64,000 nucleotides of DNA from the human T2T-CHM13v2.0 reference genome, Homo sapiens (GCF_009914755.1 NC_060941.1); one strand, 5' to 3'. Numbered from the stretch's first letter, positions 1 to 15,763 are shown. Program-made: numbers and translations. Notes: generated by a model from the sequence alone, not told the origin.

Positions 1-75
1 CTCTATTTCTGTGCCTGTGTTTTTATTCGTCTAGTGCTGCTGGGTTGCGGTCTCCATGACTGAGCTGGTTTCAGT
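1..75 (+). mobile_element. 3' end of an ERV1-class LTR (LTR2/HERV-E-like), apparently inserted in an Alu
   Basis: Ends ...GGTCTCCATGACTGAGCTGGTTTCAGTG, resembling the recalled LTR2 terminus; an Alu resumes mid-element directly afterwards. Confidence 0.5.
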
Positions 76-263
76 GCCCATCTCTGCTAAAAATTACAAA
101 AAATTAGCCAGACGTGGTGGAAGCTGTAATCCTGGCTACTTAGGAGGCTGAGGCAGGAGAATCACTTGAACTCTGGAAACAGAGGTTGCAGTGAGCCAAG
201 GTGTTGCCATTGCATTCCTGCCTGGGCAACAAGAGCAAAACATCATCTGAAAAAAAAAAGAAA

Positions 264-320
<57 letters not shown>

Positions 321-340
321 GAAAAGAAAAGAAAGAAATA
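76..340 (+). mobile_element. Alu (3' portion) with (GAAA)n tail expansion
   Basis: CCCATCTCTGCTAAAAA...TTAGCC...GAGGCTGAGGCAGGAGAATCACTTGAA followed by an A/GAAA microsatellite at ~250-340. Confidence 0.9.
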
Positions 341-376
341 GTTGCTAAATTTTCTCAATACTAAAAATATTTGCAA

Positions 377-699
377 CTGGGTACAGTGGCTTATGCCTGT
401 AATCCCAGCACTTTGGCAGGCCAAGGTGGGTGGATCACTTAAGGTCAGGAGTTCGAGACCAGCCTGGCCAACATGGCAAAACCCCATCTCTACTAAAAAT
501 ACAAAATAAATTAGTAGGGCATGGTGGTGCATGCCTGTAATCCCAGCCACTCGGGAGGCTGAGGCACAGGATTAGAGCTGCCAACAAGCCCAGCTAATTT
601 TTGTATTTTTAGTAGAGGTGGGGTTTCCCCATATTGGCCAGGCTGGTCTCAAACTCCTGGCCTGAAGTGATCCACCCGCCTTGGCTTCCCAAAATGCTG
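377..699. mobile_element. Truncated + Alu fused to a truncated - Alu
   Basis: + Alu 377-~566 stops at GAGGCTGAGGCA; a reverse Alu (CAGCTAATTTTTGTATTTTTAGTAGAG...CCCAAAATGCTG) follows. Confidence 0.85.
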
Positions 700-1186
700 C
701 CACCCTTGACAGTCTGAATTTTTAAAAAGTAATGAATATTCTTAATATCTTTTAAAAATACAGTGATATGAAAATAAGGGAAAACGTTTAAAGATTATTT
801 TGTTCTTTACAATTCTCTTGGTTCTGTTCTTTTTTGATTAGTTTTGGGATTAAATTTATTGGGAGATCTCCTAGGCTCTTTGAAGTTATTTTGTTTGGGA
901 ACTTTTTTCTTCCTAATTCTGCCTCATAAGACAAAGTACTGGGAGGTACAAAGGATAGTGATTTAATGGCACTGTTTTCCTAACACTGAATTATTTTCAT
1001 TTGAAAGAAGTTGATCACTCTTCAGAAAAGTAATTGTAAAGTTATTTTTACCCTTGGTTCATTTGATTTCTTAAACAGCAGTTTTCCCGACAGAAATTTA
1101 CAGTGTGATGACAATACATAACTGGTTCAGTGAGATGAAAATCCAATAATCAGCTTATGTTGGGACTGGATGTTGATTTATTACAG

Positions 1187-1278
1187 GATTATACACATGA
1201 ATTCCATAAAACCAAAGCAAACTTTATGGCAATATGGGAAAGGGAGAATCTCATGGGATCAGTACAAAAAGATATTGA
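1187..1278 (+). pseudogene. GOSR1 (GS28 Golgi SNARE)-like exon, duplicated unprocessed pseudogene fragment
   Basis: TTACAG/GATTAT...ATTGA/GTAATT, 92 nt; translates DYTHEFHKTKANFMAIWERENLMGSVQKDIE versus recalled GOSR1 DYTHEFHKTKANFMAIRERENLMGSVRKDIE. Confidence 0.88.
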
Positions 1279-2057
1279 GTAATTTGCCTTTTATATTATT
1301 TTGTAGAATATTTATTCAGATTTGGCTTTAGGATATGTTCACAGTTAATTACAAATTGAGTGGCAGAACCATAGTTGAGATTTCAGGATTTCCAATTCCC
1401 ATTTCACTGTCTTTTAAGCATTGCTGCTACAATGTCGTCCTAATCTACTTTTCCATTTTTATCTCATGCTTCCCCTTATTTTATCATTGGCTCCTGCCAA
1501 CCTTGACTTTCCTGTCTTAATTCCAAGTCCAGCTTAGATGGTATCATCATGGTTCCCTGATCTCTTACCACACACCCTAAGAATTATAATGTTACCTTTA
1601 TGATCCTCTGCAGATGTGTCAAATACATTTTTTTAAATTACAACATTATCAGTAACTGAAGCTTTCCATGTTTCTCTTCCTGATTATCACCTATCTCTGC
1701 CCCCTCCCTTGTCCCAACAATTATATATTATAAACTATAATACATATACAAACTCATAGCCTTAATGTTAAATTATTTAAGGACTCTCAACATTTTTATG
1801 CTGATCTCAATCTATAATTTTAAATATTTTTTAGGTGAGGTCATTTCCTCTCTCCTTTAATAATCTATTCTAGCATTTCACACACATTTTTGGAAACTTT
1901 TTCACAACTGAACACTACTGACAATGTTAAGTCCCATGGGCATCTCACTGAAGCTGAACACTTTCCAATTTGGAGCTATCTAATGATACCTGTCATCGTC
2001 TCACTTGTGATATATTATGTGATAAGTTTCATAAACTATGATATACATTGATCATAA

Positions 2058-2477
<420 letters not shown>

Positions 2478-2860
2478 CTCAAGGCTTTTGTTTAATTTCC
2501 ATACAGTCCATTTACATATACATTTTGAGGAATGCATTGAGAACCTGTGTAGGGGATGGCTTTTAATGTATAGACATTGAGCACCCCCCACACACAATGT
2601 GTGGGAATCACTAGAATGCAACCCATTGTAATAAGTTGCTTTTTGAAAAATGGCCATAAAAGATATGTTTGTCTATTCCTTAAACTAGCTCCTGAGTACC
2701 AACTCTGAGTTAGTCACAGTAGAATGTAGAAATGAAAAGACCAATGTGGCCCTGTAGGAGTTTATAATCCAGGTGCTAGAGGAAAGTAAGGCAGGTACTC
2801 AAGTTTGTATAATCCAAGGCCGAATATGATTAGTGAGATGAGATGATAATAGTACCTAAC

Positions 2861-2862
<2 letters not shown>

Positions 2863-2890
<28 letters not shown>
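2863..2890. repeat. (TG)n microsatellite
   Basis: Direct reading. Confidence 0.95.
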
Positions 2891-2894
<4 letters not shown>

Positions 2895-3087
2895 AATTTA
2901 CACAGTATTTTTTATGTATTATCTTTTTTGGCTTCATAATAATCTTTTGGTTAACATAGAAATTATCAGTCTCATTTTACAAAACTAAGTATTGAGCACA
3001 CTTGTCTAAGTGAAGCGGCTATGAAATGCTGGAGTATAGATTTAAATCCAAGTCATCAGTCCCCCAAGTCCAGTGTGTTCTTGGTTA

Positions 3088-5272
<2,185 letters not shown>

Positions 5273-8200
5273 TCAAATAATGACTTATGTTTGAATGGCC
5301 TGTTACCACTTATATATAAAGAAGCCTTATAAAGAGACATTGGATCATATACCAAATTTTTAAAAAGTTTTTATTTTCCAGGATTTCAGAAGAAAATACT
5401 TAAATACTTGGATGAACTGTATATATATCTTAAAACAAGCTGCCATAGTCTGCTTCATTATTTTTCTACTTTTCTCTGAAATGTACAGGTTTCTTTGTCC
5501 TTGGATTTATGTTTTGTTGTAGAACTTACAGATCAGAAAATTACTTATCTCTATGGACTTAGCCTATAAGCACTTGAGCAGCTTGTATCGGTGAGAGTTA
5601 AGTGTTAGGAATTATGTTGACATTTGCTACTGAATGTCATAAATTAGTCACGTCTTATGGGCTTAACATGCTGTTCAATTTAGTTTTCTTTAAAAGTCAC
5701 CACTTTAAATATAAGCTGTTGAAATCAAAACACAGAAAGATCCAGACCTTTTTAGAAACCTGGGTGCTCCCAGTGTTGGAACTAGTTTTCTGAATCTGTT
5801 GGATGTTATTGATTTGCACAAGGGGGCAGGCTCTTCTAGAGCATGTTTAGTTTGTAGTATTCATAGCTTTGGTAGTTCTTTTGGTATTTGACAAAGACCA
5901 CCATAAAAAGAATTTTGCATTGTATCCAAAATTATATTAATCTATTCTGGGGGAACACAGTAATTTAAGGGATAGCATATTCTAGTAGCATAAAATACAG
6001 ATTAGATTGCATAAGTATCTCTATATTTACTGCCTCAAAAGAAACAGAAATGCAGTAGTTGACTTTGACAAGAATGATTTGATGCTGAGAAGAGTCTATC
6101 AGTTATTATATACATGAATATTCTTTATTTCATGACTTCAGAACACATCACATATTAAAACTTTTCTATGAATTTTGCAGAAAGTTTTGCATTTGCTTTA
6201 ATTATTCAAGGTAAATCCTTGAGGAGTTTAATACCATTCATTTTACAGGAAAATGAAGCAATTCAAGTATACACATCTTTAATAATTTGTTTAGGGTTAC
6301 AATCATGGTGAGAAGATGGAGATCAAAAGGTATTTTTCCATTTTTGTTTGATCAAAGTATAAAGTCTCAATTTTACATATACCATACTTTATATATATTG
6401 TATAGTTTATGTACATTTATTTCAACATTCTTGTGAAGAAGTTTGTGTGTACCAATTCTATGCAGAGAGAAACTGAGACAGGATGAAATTGAATGGAATA
6501 AGAGCTTCTGGAATTAGAGAAGTTGTTGAGTCTGAAAACCAGGGCTTAGTCATTGTTCTCAAAATGAGAACACAAGCTTCCAAATACTTTTTTTAGTCAA
6601 TTTTGTTTTGTAAATTAAAACTGCTGGCTAGATAATAAAATAACATTAAAATTATTAATAAAATATGTTTATAAAATAATGTAAAAAACTTTAGTTTTTC
6701 AATGTTATTGTATTTCATTTGCTAAGTGCTTTGAGGAAGAAGCAGCAAGATATTTTTGAAATAACAAAAGCTATTAATGTGCTTTTGTCATAGTGCTCAT
6801 TTTAAAAAGTATGATAGTTCAACAACATAAAAAGAAAATTTAAATCGCACATTAATACAAATTTTGTAACTTTTTTACTCTTTAGTAGATTGCACATAGT
6901 TTTCCCATGTAGTTTGATTTTTTAAAAATATATGGTGCATATATTGCATAATACAGATAAACCATAAATTATGTAACCATTTCCCTAATGTTGACCTTTT
7001 GGATTATTTTCTGTTTTTACTATTATACATAGTAAATTCTTTGCATGTATCTATCATTATTTTCTTATAATTCCTAAATTAGAATTGCAGGATTAAAGAA
7101 CATACTCATTTGCAAAGTTTTTCCTATAATGTTCCCAAATTTCCAAGTTTGATTTTTTGCAGTAGGGTCAGACTTTTTATGGCTACAACTATGTCTAAGC
7201 TTGTGCTTCTTCACAAATATTGTTTTTTCACGATAATATAAATTTTTACTTGTTCCAAAAGAACATATTTTTGCCTGGAAGAAGAGTAAATCAATTTTTG
7301 TAAATGAATGCCACACACACACACACACACACGCAACTAACTTTGTAATGAATTGTTTTTACCAGCTCTCCTTAATACTCTTTTTATCTAAAAATCAATG
7401 TTTTTAGGTTTTAGCAGTTTGTGTTATAAAAGACAGAAATTTCTTTTCCTATAAGGTGGATAAGGTAACTTTCATTTTTGTCTTGCTTTCCCTGAGTCTG
7501 TCAGTCAGAAGAAAATACTGACTTTGAATTAGTGTCAAGCTTGTAACTAGTTGTTTTTCACTGGACTGTTGATACATTCTTAGAGATTTTTTCATTGCTG
7601 TTTAGATTATTTTCTCTTCCTTTCTACAACTGTTCTCTTTCAGCTCTCCCTTATATTTTTCTTCTTGGAAAAGTATCTAGTTAATTTTGTATTTTAAAGT
7701 TCTTAACCTCATCCCAAGAACTTCTGCCTTTATAATCATTTCTCTCTTCATATTTATTTTATACAAGATAGATGGTTGATTATATTGTTGCTGTCTTTAC
7801 AGATGGAGAATTAAGGAATAAAAAGGACAGACAGACTAGATTACCTCAAACACTGAAATGCTATGATTTGTCCCAAGCCATACACTCATTATCTGACCAG
7901 GCATATGGTGCTTTTTCTGTAGAAGCATTTTGTCATTATGAAAAAAATTATGTCTTCTGTATTTACCTTAATGAAGCTGACAACTTTCAGAGGTTTTCAG
8001 TGGTGAAGAGAAACTTGGATAAGGAGATAACTTACACAAACAGAAAAAGCCTCATCTCTTCTGGATTCCTTTAATGCCAGTAGTCATCACCAGGTACAGG
8101 TTAACCACCCTTCACCAGAGCTGGGACCTCCACCTTCTCATCTACAGGACCTTAAAAATCTTCTGCGTTTCACTGTCACTCAACACATTTTCTCCTTCCA

Positions 8201-8454
8201 AGGCTCTGCAGTCTCATGAGTTTGTCTCTATTTTTCTTCTTATAACTTACCTTCCTACCCTAGCCAGCCTGGATCTCATAGAAGATTAACTGAAATACTC
8301 CCAACATTGGGTCATTCCTGTGCCCCTGTTTTCCTGCTGTACCCTGGTAAAATGCCAACCTAATCCACAGTCTATTGTTCTACTTCTGTATGTGAGGGCT
8401 AAAGAAAAATCAACCAGTCATACAGATTAACTCTGTTTTAAAGTAACTATTAAT

Positions 8455-9242
8455 GCTGGGTGTGATGGCTCAGACCTGTAATCCCAGCACTTTGGGAGGG
8501 CAAGGCAGGCAGATCATGAGGTCAGGAGTTTGAGACCAGCCTGGCCAACATGGTGAAATCCCGTCTCCACGAAAAATACAAAAGTTAGCTGGGTATGGTG
8601 GCTGATGCCTGTAATCCCAGCTACTCAGGAGGCTGAGGCAGGAAAACCACTTGAACCTGGGAGACAGAGGTTGCAGTGAGCCAAGATCACACCACTGCAC
8701 TCCAGCCTGGGTGACAGAGTGAGATTCCATCTCAAAATAAATAAATAAGTAAATAAATAAATAAATAAAGTAACTATTAAATATTTTCAACCTCATCTGA
8801 GTACTTAGTCTTGCCTGATGCCTTTTGCTTGCCCAACACTGTTGGCAAGCAATTCTCATTTTCTTCAAGAATTTTACCAAATCTTTTCCTTCTCCCTCTT
8901 GACGTTCCTGTCGCTTCACCTGATACAGAGGTTCTTAACTCCTACCTCATTGATTTTTTTTTTAGACAGAGTCTTGCTCTGTTGCCCAGGCTGGAGTGCA
9001 GTGGCACAACCTTGGCTCACTGCAAGCTCTGCCTCCTGGGTTCATGCCACTCTCCTGCCTCAGCCTCCCAAGCAGCTGGGACTACAGGCAGCCATCACCA
9101 TGCCTGGCTAATTTTTTGTATTTTTAGTACAGACATGGTCTCACCGTGTTAGCCAGGATTGTCTTGATCTCCTGACCTCGTAATCTGCCTGCCTCAGCCT
9201 CCCAAAGTGCAGGGATTACAGGCGTGAGCCACCATGCCTGGC
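8455..9242. mobile_element. Two Alus: + 8455-8768 (TSD AAAGTAACTATTAA) and - 8954-9242
   Basis: Alu consensus and flanking duplications. Confidence 0.9.
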
Positions 9243-9296
9243 CCTCATTGAGATTTTTAAGGTTTTTGCTTTTTTCTATAAATTGACCTATAGGAG

Positions 9297-9813
9297 TGAG
9301 AGGTGAAGCCAACTGGACTTCCTGGGTCAAGTGGGGACTTGGGGAACTTTTCTGTCTTACAAGAGGATTGTAAAATGCACCAATCAGGAACTTTCCTGTC
9401 TTACAAGAAGATTGTAAAATGTACCAATCAGTGCTCTGTAAAACACACCAATCAGCACTCTGTAAAATGCACCAATCAGCACTCTGTAAAACCCACTAAT
9501 CAGCAGGATTCTAAAAGTAGCCAATCACGGAGAGGATGAGAAAAGGGCACTTTGATAGGACAGAAATGAAACATGGGAGGGGCCAATAAGGGAATAAAAG
9601 CTGGCCGCCCAAGCCAGCAGCAGCAACCTGCTTGGGTCCCCTTCCATGCTGTGGAAGCTTTTCCTTTCACTCTTCACAATAAACCCTGCTACCACTCACT
9701 CCTTGGGTCCATGCCATCTTTAAGAGGTGTTACACTCACCGTGAAGGTCTGTGGCTCCATTCTTGAAGTCAGCGAGACCATGAACCCACTGGCAGGAACC
9801 AACTCTGGACACA
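9297..9813 (+). promoter_or_regulatory. 5' LTR (LTR12-type, probably LTR12F-like) with CCAAT tandem repeats
   Basis: Repeated CACCAATCAGCACTCTGTAAAA units, GGGAATAAAAG TATA-like box, AATAAA at ~9678. Confidence 0.9.
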
Positions 9814-9816
9814 TCT

Positions 9817-9834
9817 TGGGGGCTCATCCAGGAT
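9817..9834 (+). promoter_or_regulatory. Primer binding site, tRNA-Pro type
   Basis: TGGGGGCTCATCCAGGAT versus MLV PBS-Pro TGGGGGCTCGTCCGGGAT (two CpG-type mismatches), 3 nt after the LTR. Confidence 0.85.
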
Positions 9835-10921
9835 ATCACCACATGGTGAGTACCATCAGACCCCTTTTGCTTGCTATTCTGTCCTATTTTTCCTTAGAAT
9901 TTGGGGGCTAAACACCAGGCACCTGTCAGCCAGTTAAAAGCAACCACCACAGCCACCAGGCTAAAGACACAGGTGTCAGGCTTTCTGGGAAAAAGCTCTC
10001 TAACAAACCTGACTCTTCAGAGTTGGGAGCATTGATTTGCCTGGAACCAGCTTCCACTTTTCCTGCACTTCCAGGCTGAGCCAAGGGTCAACAGAGAGGA
10101 AAGCCATTCAGCTCTGAGGTCCTGACAAAAAGTTGGTTGACCCTTCAGCCATGAGCAGAACTCATAGTTACATCGGCCGAGTGAGACTTGCCGATCTATA
10201 CTATCTATCCTGACCCTTGCCTCCTGGGTCCTAATGCCTGTCAGACAAACTTCCTCCCACCTCTTCTCTGAGGCTAGTCCTGATTCTAAAAACCTCTCCT
10301 TGTCTCTGGTGCTCTTCTAGTATCTCCTATAAGGATGATTTCTAATATAAACTTTGGGACTCTGTTCCCTTCTTTAGGCACCCAGGCTCACCAATCAGAA
10401 AGATATAATTTTTGCCCAAAGCCCTGTTAGGGGGGTACTAGCTGGAATTTTAGGATCCCTCCTAAGACTAGCAGGTCTAACAAAGGCTATTCCCAAAGCT
10501 ATGATATTGGGAGCCTCAGAAATTACAGACTCCAAAATAGGGGGGATATCCTTTCTATTAATATGATGAGAAGTGAGGACAAAATGTGTCACTCTTCCAA
10601 CCCTGGAGATCCTTTCCCTCCCTCAGGGTATGGCCTTCTACTCAATTTTGAGGCATATCATCTTTTTAAGACAAGAGTAAGGTCCCCATACCAACAGGGA
10701 AAAATGCTAAGGACTTTAACTAACAGGTTTTCAAAAATGCATCAGTAAGGGCCACTAAATCTGACCTTCCTTGGTCCTCTTTGTGAACTAAGAGGAAAGG
10801 CAGTGTTTCTGCTGCTGCTTCAGTGAGTGTAACTGTTCCAAACAGCAGGGTCCAGAAACCATTGTGGGTTCTTGGGTGGGGAAAAAAAAAGACCAAAACT
10901 GTGGGTGGCTTTTTCTTTCAT

Positions 10922-12358
10922 ATGGGAAATACTCAAGCATCAACAAGCTCACCCTTGACATGCATCCTAAGCCATTAGACCTATTTGACCTGCAAACCCT
11001 GAAAAAGAAGCAGCTTATTTTTTTCTGCACTATGGCCTGGCCCCAGTATTCTCTCTCTGATGGGGAAAACTGACCACCTGAGGGAAGTATAAGTTACAAT
11101 GCTATCCTGCAGCTTGACCTTTTCTGTAAGAAGGAAGGCAAATGGAGTGAAATACCTTATGTCCAATCTTTCTTTTTATTGAAGGATAATCCACAACTAT
11201 GCAAAGCTTGCAATTTATATTCCACAAGAGGCCCTTTCAGCTCACCTCCATATCCTAGCCTCCCTACAGCTCCCCTTCCTATTAATGATAAGCCTCCTCT
11301 AACCTCCCCCACCCAGAAGGAAATAAGCAAAGAAATCTCCAAGGGACCACAAAATGCCCTGGGCTATTGGTTATGCCCCCTTCAAGCTGTAGAGGGAGGG
11401 GAATTTGGCCCAACCCAGGTACATGACCCCTTATCCCTCTCTGTTTTAAAGCAGATCAAGGTAGACCTGGGAAAGTTTTCAGATGATCCTGATAGGTATA
11501 TAGATGTCCTACAGGGTCTAGGGCAAACCTTCAACCTCACTTGGAGAGATGTCATGCTATTGTTAGATCGAACCCTGGCCTTGAATGAAAAGAATGTGGA
11601 TTTAGCTGCAGCCTGAGAGTTTGGAGATACCTGGTATCTTAATCAAGTAAATGATAGAATGACAGCCAAATAAAATGACAAATTCCCTACTGGTTAACAA
11701 GCTGTCCCCAGTATGGATCCCCACAGGGACCTAGACTCAGACCATGGGGACTGGAGTTGCAAACATCTGTTGACCTGTCTTCTAGAAGGACTAAGAAGAG
11801 TTAAGAAAAAGCCCATGAAATATTGAATGACATCCACCATAACTCAGGGAAAGGAAGAAAATCCTACTGCCTTCCTCAAATGGCCATGGGAGGCCTTAAG
11901 AAAATATATTCCCCTGTCACCTGACTCCCTTGAGGTTTAATTGATCCTAAAAGATAAGTTTATTACCCAATCAGCCAAAGATATCAGGAGAAAGTTCCAA
12001 AAGCCAGCCCTGGACCCTGAACAAAATTTGGAGGCATTATTAAACCTGGCAACCTCAGTGTTCTATAACAGGGACCAAGAGGAACAGGCCGAAAAGGAAA
12101 AGTGAGATAAGAGAAAGAAAACAAACAAACCTTGGTGGTTCAGAGAGGACAGAAAATGGAACAGACCAATCACCCAGTAGGGCTTGTTATCAGTGTGGTT
12201 TGCAAGGACACCTTAAAAAAGATTGTCCAGTGAGAAACAAGCCACCCCATCGCCCATGTCCACTATGCCAAGGTAATCACTGGAAGGTGCACTGCACCAG
12301 AGGACAAAGTTTCTCTGGGCCAGCAGCCCCTAACCAGATGATACAACAACAGAACTGA
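10922..12358 (+). pseudogene. ERV9 gag remnant
   Basis: ATGGGAAATACTCAAGCATCA start, capsid motif [20 protein letters not shown], zinc knuckle CYQCGLQGHLKKDC; multiple stops. Confidence 0.88.
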
Positions 12359-15300
12359 GGGTGCCTGGGGCAAGTGCCAGCTCATGTCATCACTCTCACT
12401 GAGCCCCAGGTAAGTTTAACCATTGAGGGCCAGAAAATTGACTTCCTCCTGGATACTGGTGTGGCTTTCTCAGTGTTAATCTCCTGCCTCAGATGGCTGT
12501 CCCCAATGTCCATTACCATCCAAGGAATCCTGGGGCAGCCTGTAACCAGGTATTTCTCCCACCTCCTCAGTTGCAATTGGGAGATTTAGCTCTTTTCACA
12601 TGCCTTTCTTGTTATGCCTGAAAGTCCCACACCCTTATTAGGGAGTGACATATTAGTGAAAGCTGGAGCTATTATCTATATGAATATGGGGAACAAGTTA
12701 CCTATTTATTGTCCCCTACTTGAGGAGGGAATCACCCTGAAGTATGGGCATTGGAAGGACAAGTCAGATGGGCAAAAATTGCCCACCCAGTCCAAATCAG
12801 GCCAAAACACCCCACCACTTTTCCTTGTCAAAGGCAATATCCCTTAAGGCCTGGAGCCCATAAAGGATTACAGGAGATTATTAGACATTTAAAGTTCAAG
12901 GCTTAGTAAGAAAATGCAGCAGTCCCTGCAACACCCTAATTCTAGGAATACAAATACTGAATGGTCAGTGGAGACTAGTGCAAGATCTCAGACTCATCAA
13001 TGAGGCAGTAATTCCTCTATATCCAGTTGTACCAAACCCCTATATCCTGCTCTTTCAAATACCAGAGGAAGCAGAATGGTTCACCATTCTGGACCTCAAG
13101 GATGCCTTCTTCTGCATTCCCCTGCACTCTGATTCCCAGTTTCTCTTTGCCTTTGGGGATCCCAGACCACACGTCTCAACTCATGGGGATGGTCCTGCCC
13201 TAAGGGTTTAGGGATAGCCCTCATCTGTTTGGTCAGGCACTGGCCCAAGATCTAGGCCACTTCTTAAGTCCAGGCACTCTGGTCCTTCAGTATGTGGATA
13301 ATTTACTTTTGGCTACCAGTTCAGAAGCCTCATGCCAGCAGGCTGCTCTAGATCTCTTGAACTTTCTAGCTAATCAAGGGTACAAGGCATCTAAACTGAA
13401 GGCCCAGCTCTGCCTACAACAAGTCAAATATGCAGGCCAAATCTTAGCCAGAGGAACCAGGGCCCTCAGCAAAGAATGAATACAGCCTATACTGGCTTGT
13501 CCTCACCCTAAGACATTAAAACAGTTGTGGAGGTTCCTTGGGATCACTGGCTTTTACTGACTGTGGATCCCTAGATATAATGAGATGGCCAGGCCACTCT
13601 ATACTCTAATCAAGGAGGCCCAGAGTGCAAATACTCACCTAGCAGAAAGGGAACCAGAGGCAGAAACAGCCTTCAAAACCTTAAAGCAGACCCTAGTACA
13701 AGCTCCAGCCTTAAGCCTTCCCACAGGACAAAACTTCTCTTCATACATCACAGAGAGAGCAGGAATAGCTCTTGGAGTCCTTACTCAGACTCATGAGACA
13801 ACTCCACAACCAGTGGCATACCTAAGTAAGGAAATTGATGCAGTAGCAAAAGGCTGGCCTCACTGTTTACGGGTATGTAAATGGCATACTAGGTTCCAAA
13901 GGAAATTTATGGAGATCAGACAACTGCCTGCTTAGATAGCAGGTGCTACTCCTTGAGGGACTGGTTCTTCAAATACTCATGTGTGCAGCCCTCAACCCTG
14001 CTACTTTACTCCCAGAGGAAGGGGAACCAATCAAGTATGACTGCCCACAAATTGTAGCCCAGACTTATGCCACCAGAGAGGATCTCTAAGAAGTCCCCTT
14101 AGCTAATCCTGACCTTAACCTGTACCCTGATGGAAGTTCATTTGTGGAGAATGGGATGCAAAGGGCAGGTTATGCCATAGTTAGTGATGTAACAGTACTT
14201 GAAAGTAAGCCTCTTCCCCCAGGGACCAGCACCCAGTTAGCAGAATTAATGGCACTTACCCAGGCCTTAGAACTGGGAAAGGAAAAAGAATAAATGTGTA
14301 TACAAATAGGAATTATGCTTATCTAATCCTACATGCCCATGCTGCAATATGGAAAGAAAGGGAGTTCCTAACCTCTGGGGGAAGCTCTATTAAATACCAC
14401 AAGGAAATCATGGAGTTATTGCACACAGTGCAAAAACCCAAGGAGGTGGCAGTCTTACCCAGCCAAAGCCATCAAAAAGATAAAGGAGAAAAGGCAGAAG
14501 GAAACAGTTGGGCAGATGCTAAGGCCAAAATTGCTGCCAGGTGGAACCTCCCATTAGAAATACCTATGGAAGGACACTTGGTATGGAACAATCCTCTTCA
14601 AGAGATTAAGGCCCAGCATTCCCTGGCCAAAACAGAATGGGGACTTTCACAAGGGCATAGTTTTCTCTCCTCAGGGTGGTTAATGATAGAAGTGGGAAAG
14701 GTACTCATACCTGAAGACAGCCAGTGGAAAATACTTGAGACCCTCCACCAAACTTTTCATATGGGTATTGAGAACACTCATTAAGTGGCCAAATCCCTAT
14801 TTACAGGGCCAAATCTCCTCCAGACCATCTGACAAGTAGTCAAAGCCTGTGAGGTGTGCCAAGGGAATAATCCCTTGGTCCATCATAAGGCTCCTCTGGG
14901 GGAACAAAGAATAGGGCACTATCCTGGAGAGGACTGGCAGTTAGACTTCACCCATATGCCTAAGTCAAGGGGATTTCAATACTTGTTGGTCGGTGTTGAT
15001 ACCTTTATAAATTGGATAGAAGCCTTCCCCTGCAAAACAGAGAAGGCTCAGGAAGTGGTTAAAGTCCTAATTCACGAAATAATTCCTAGATTTGGGCTTC
15101 CCCAAAGCTCACAAAGTGACAATGGTCCAGCTTTTAAAGCCACAGTAACTCAGGGAATTTATTGGTCAAGTCCTTCCCCTCTACCTCCCCTTCTATGGAT
15201 TCCTTGTGGGAAGGACCATACTCGGTAATGGTCTCTACCCCACTGTAGTTAAGGTGGCAGGAGTGGAATCTCAGATTCACCACACCCAAGTTAAACTTTG

Positions 15301-15480
15301 GACTCCCCCTGAAGAACCTTCAGGACCATCAGTTCAGATCCCAAGATCAGCCAGACCAGCCTCGATACACCTGTGAACCACTGGAGGACTTGCCTCTCCT
15401 ATTTCAGAAGGAAACATCCCAGACTAAAAAGGCTCCTACACCTGATCCTGAGGAAAAACCCCTTCCTACTTAAAAGAGAT
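12359..15480 (+). pseudogene. ERV9 pro-pol remnant (protease, RT, RNase H, integrase)
   Basis: FLLDTG protease motif, LDLKDAFF and YVDN(D) RT motifs, RNase H, integrase WQLDFTHMP...SDNGPAF; frameshifts, stops and deletions. Confidence 0.9.
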
Positions 15481-15500
15481 AAATGAAAACCTACATAAAT

Positions 15501-15763
15501 CTTTTTTTATCTTTTAATTTTTTTATTATACTTTAAGTTCTAGGGTACCTGTGCACAACGTGCAGGTTTCTTATATATACATGTGCCATGTTGGTGTGCT
15601 GCACCCATTAACTCATCATTTACATTAGGTATATCTCCTAATGCTATCCCTTCACCCTCCCCACACCCCACAGCAGGCCCCAGTGTGTGATGTTCCGCTT
15701 CCTGTGTCCAAGTGTTCTCATTGTTCCATTCCCACCTATGAGTGAGAATATGCGGTGTTTGGA
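15501..15763 (-). mobile_element. 5'-truncated L1PA 3' end inserted in the ERV
   Basis: ATTATACTTTAAGTTCTAGGGTAC...CCCACCTATGAGTGAGAATATGCGG; TSD AAAACCTACATAAAT at 15486-15500 and 15764-15778. Confidence 0.92.

Noticed and set aside
140-550. 136-aa ORF and many similar ORFs ([19 protein letters not shown] peptides)
   Set aside because: Translations of Alu sequence, not genes
5382-5418. Possible small exon TTCCAG/GATTTCAG...GAACT/GTAT
   Set aside because: Weak donor and no recognisable protein match
7772-8074. 100-aa ORF in AT-rich unique sequence
   Set aside because: No recognisable domain or splice context; likely a chance ORF
9340-9510. Short periodic repeats resembling a CRISPR-like array (also 23340-23585)
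   Set aside because: They are LTR12 U3 CCAAT tandem repeats with no unique spacers, in eukaryotic DNA
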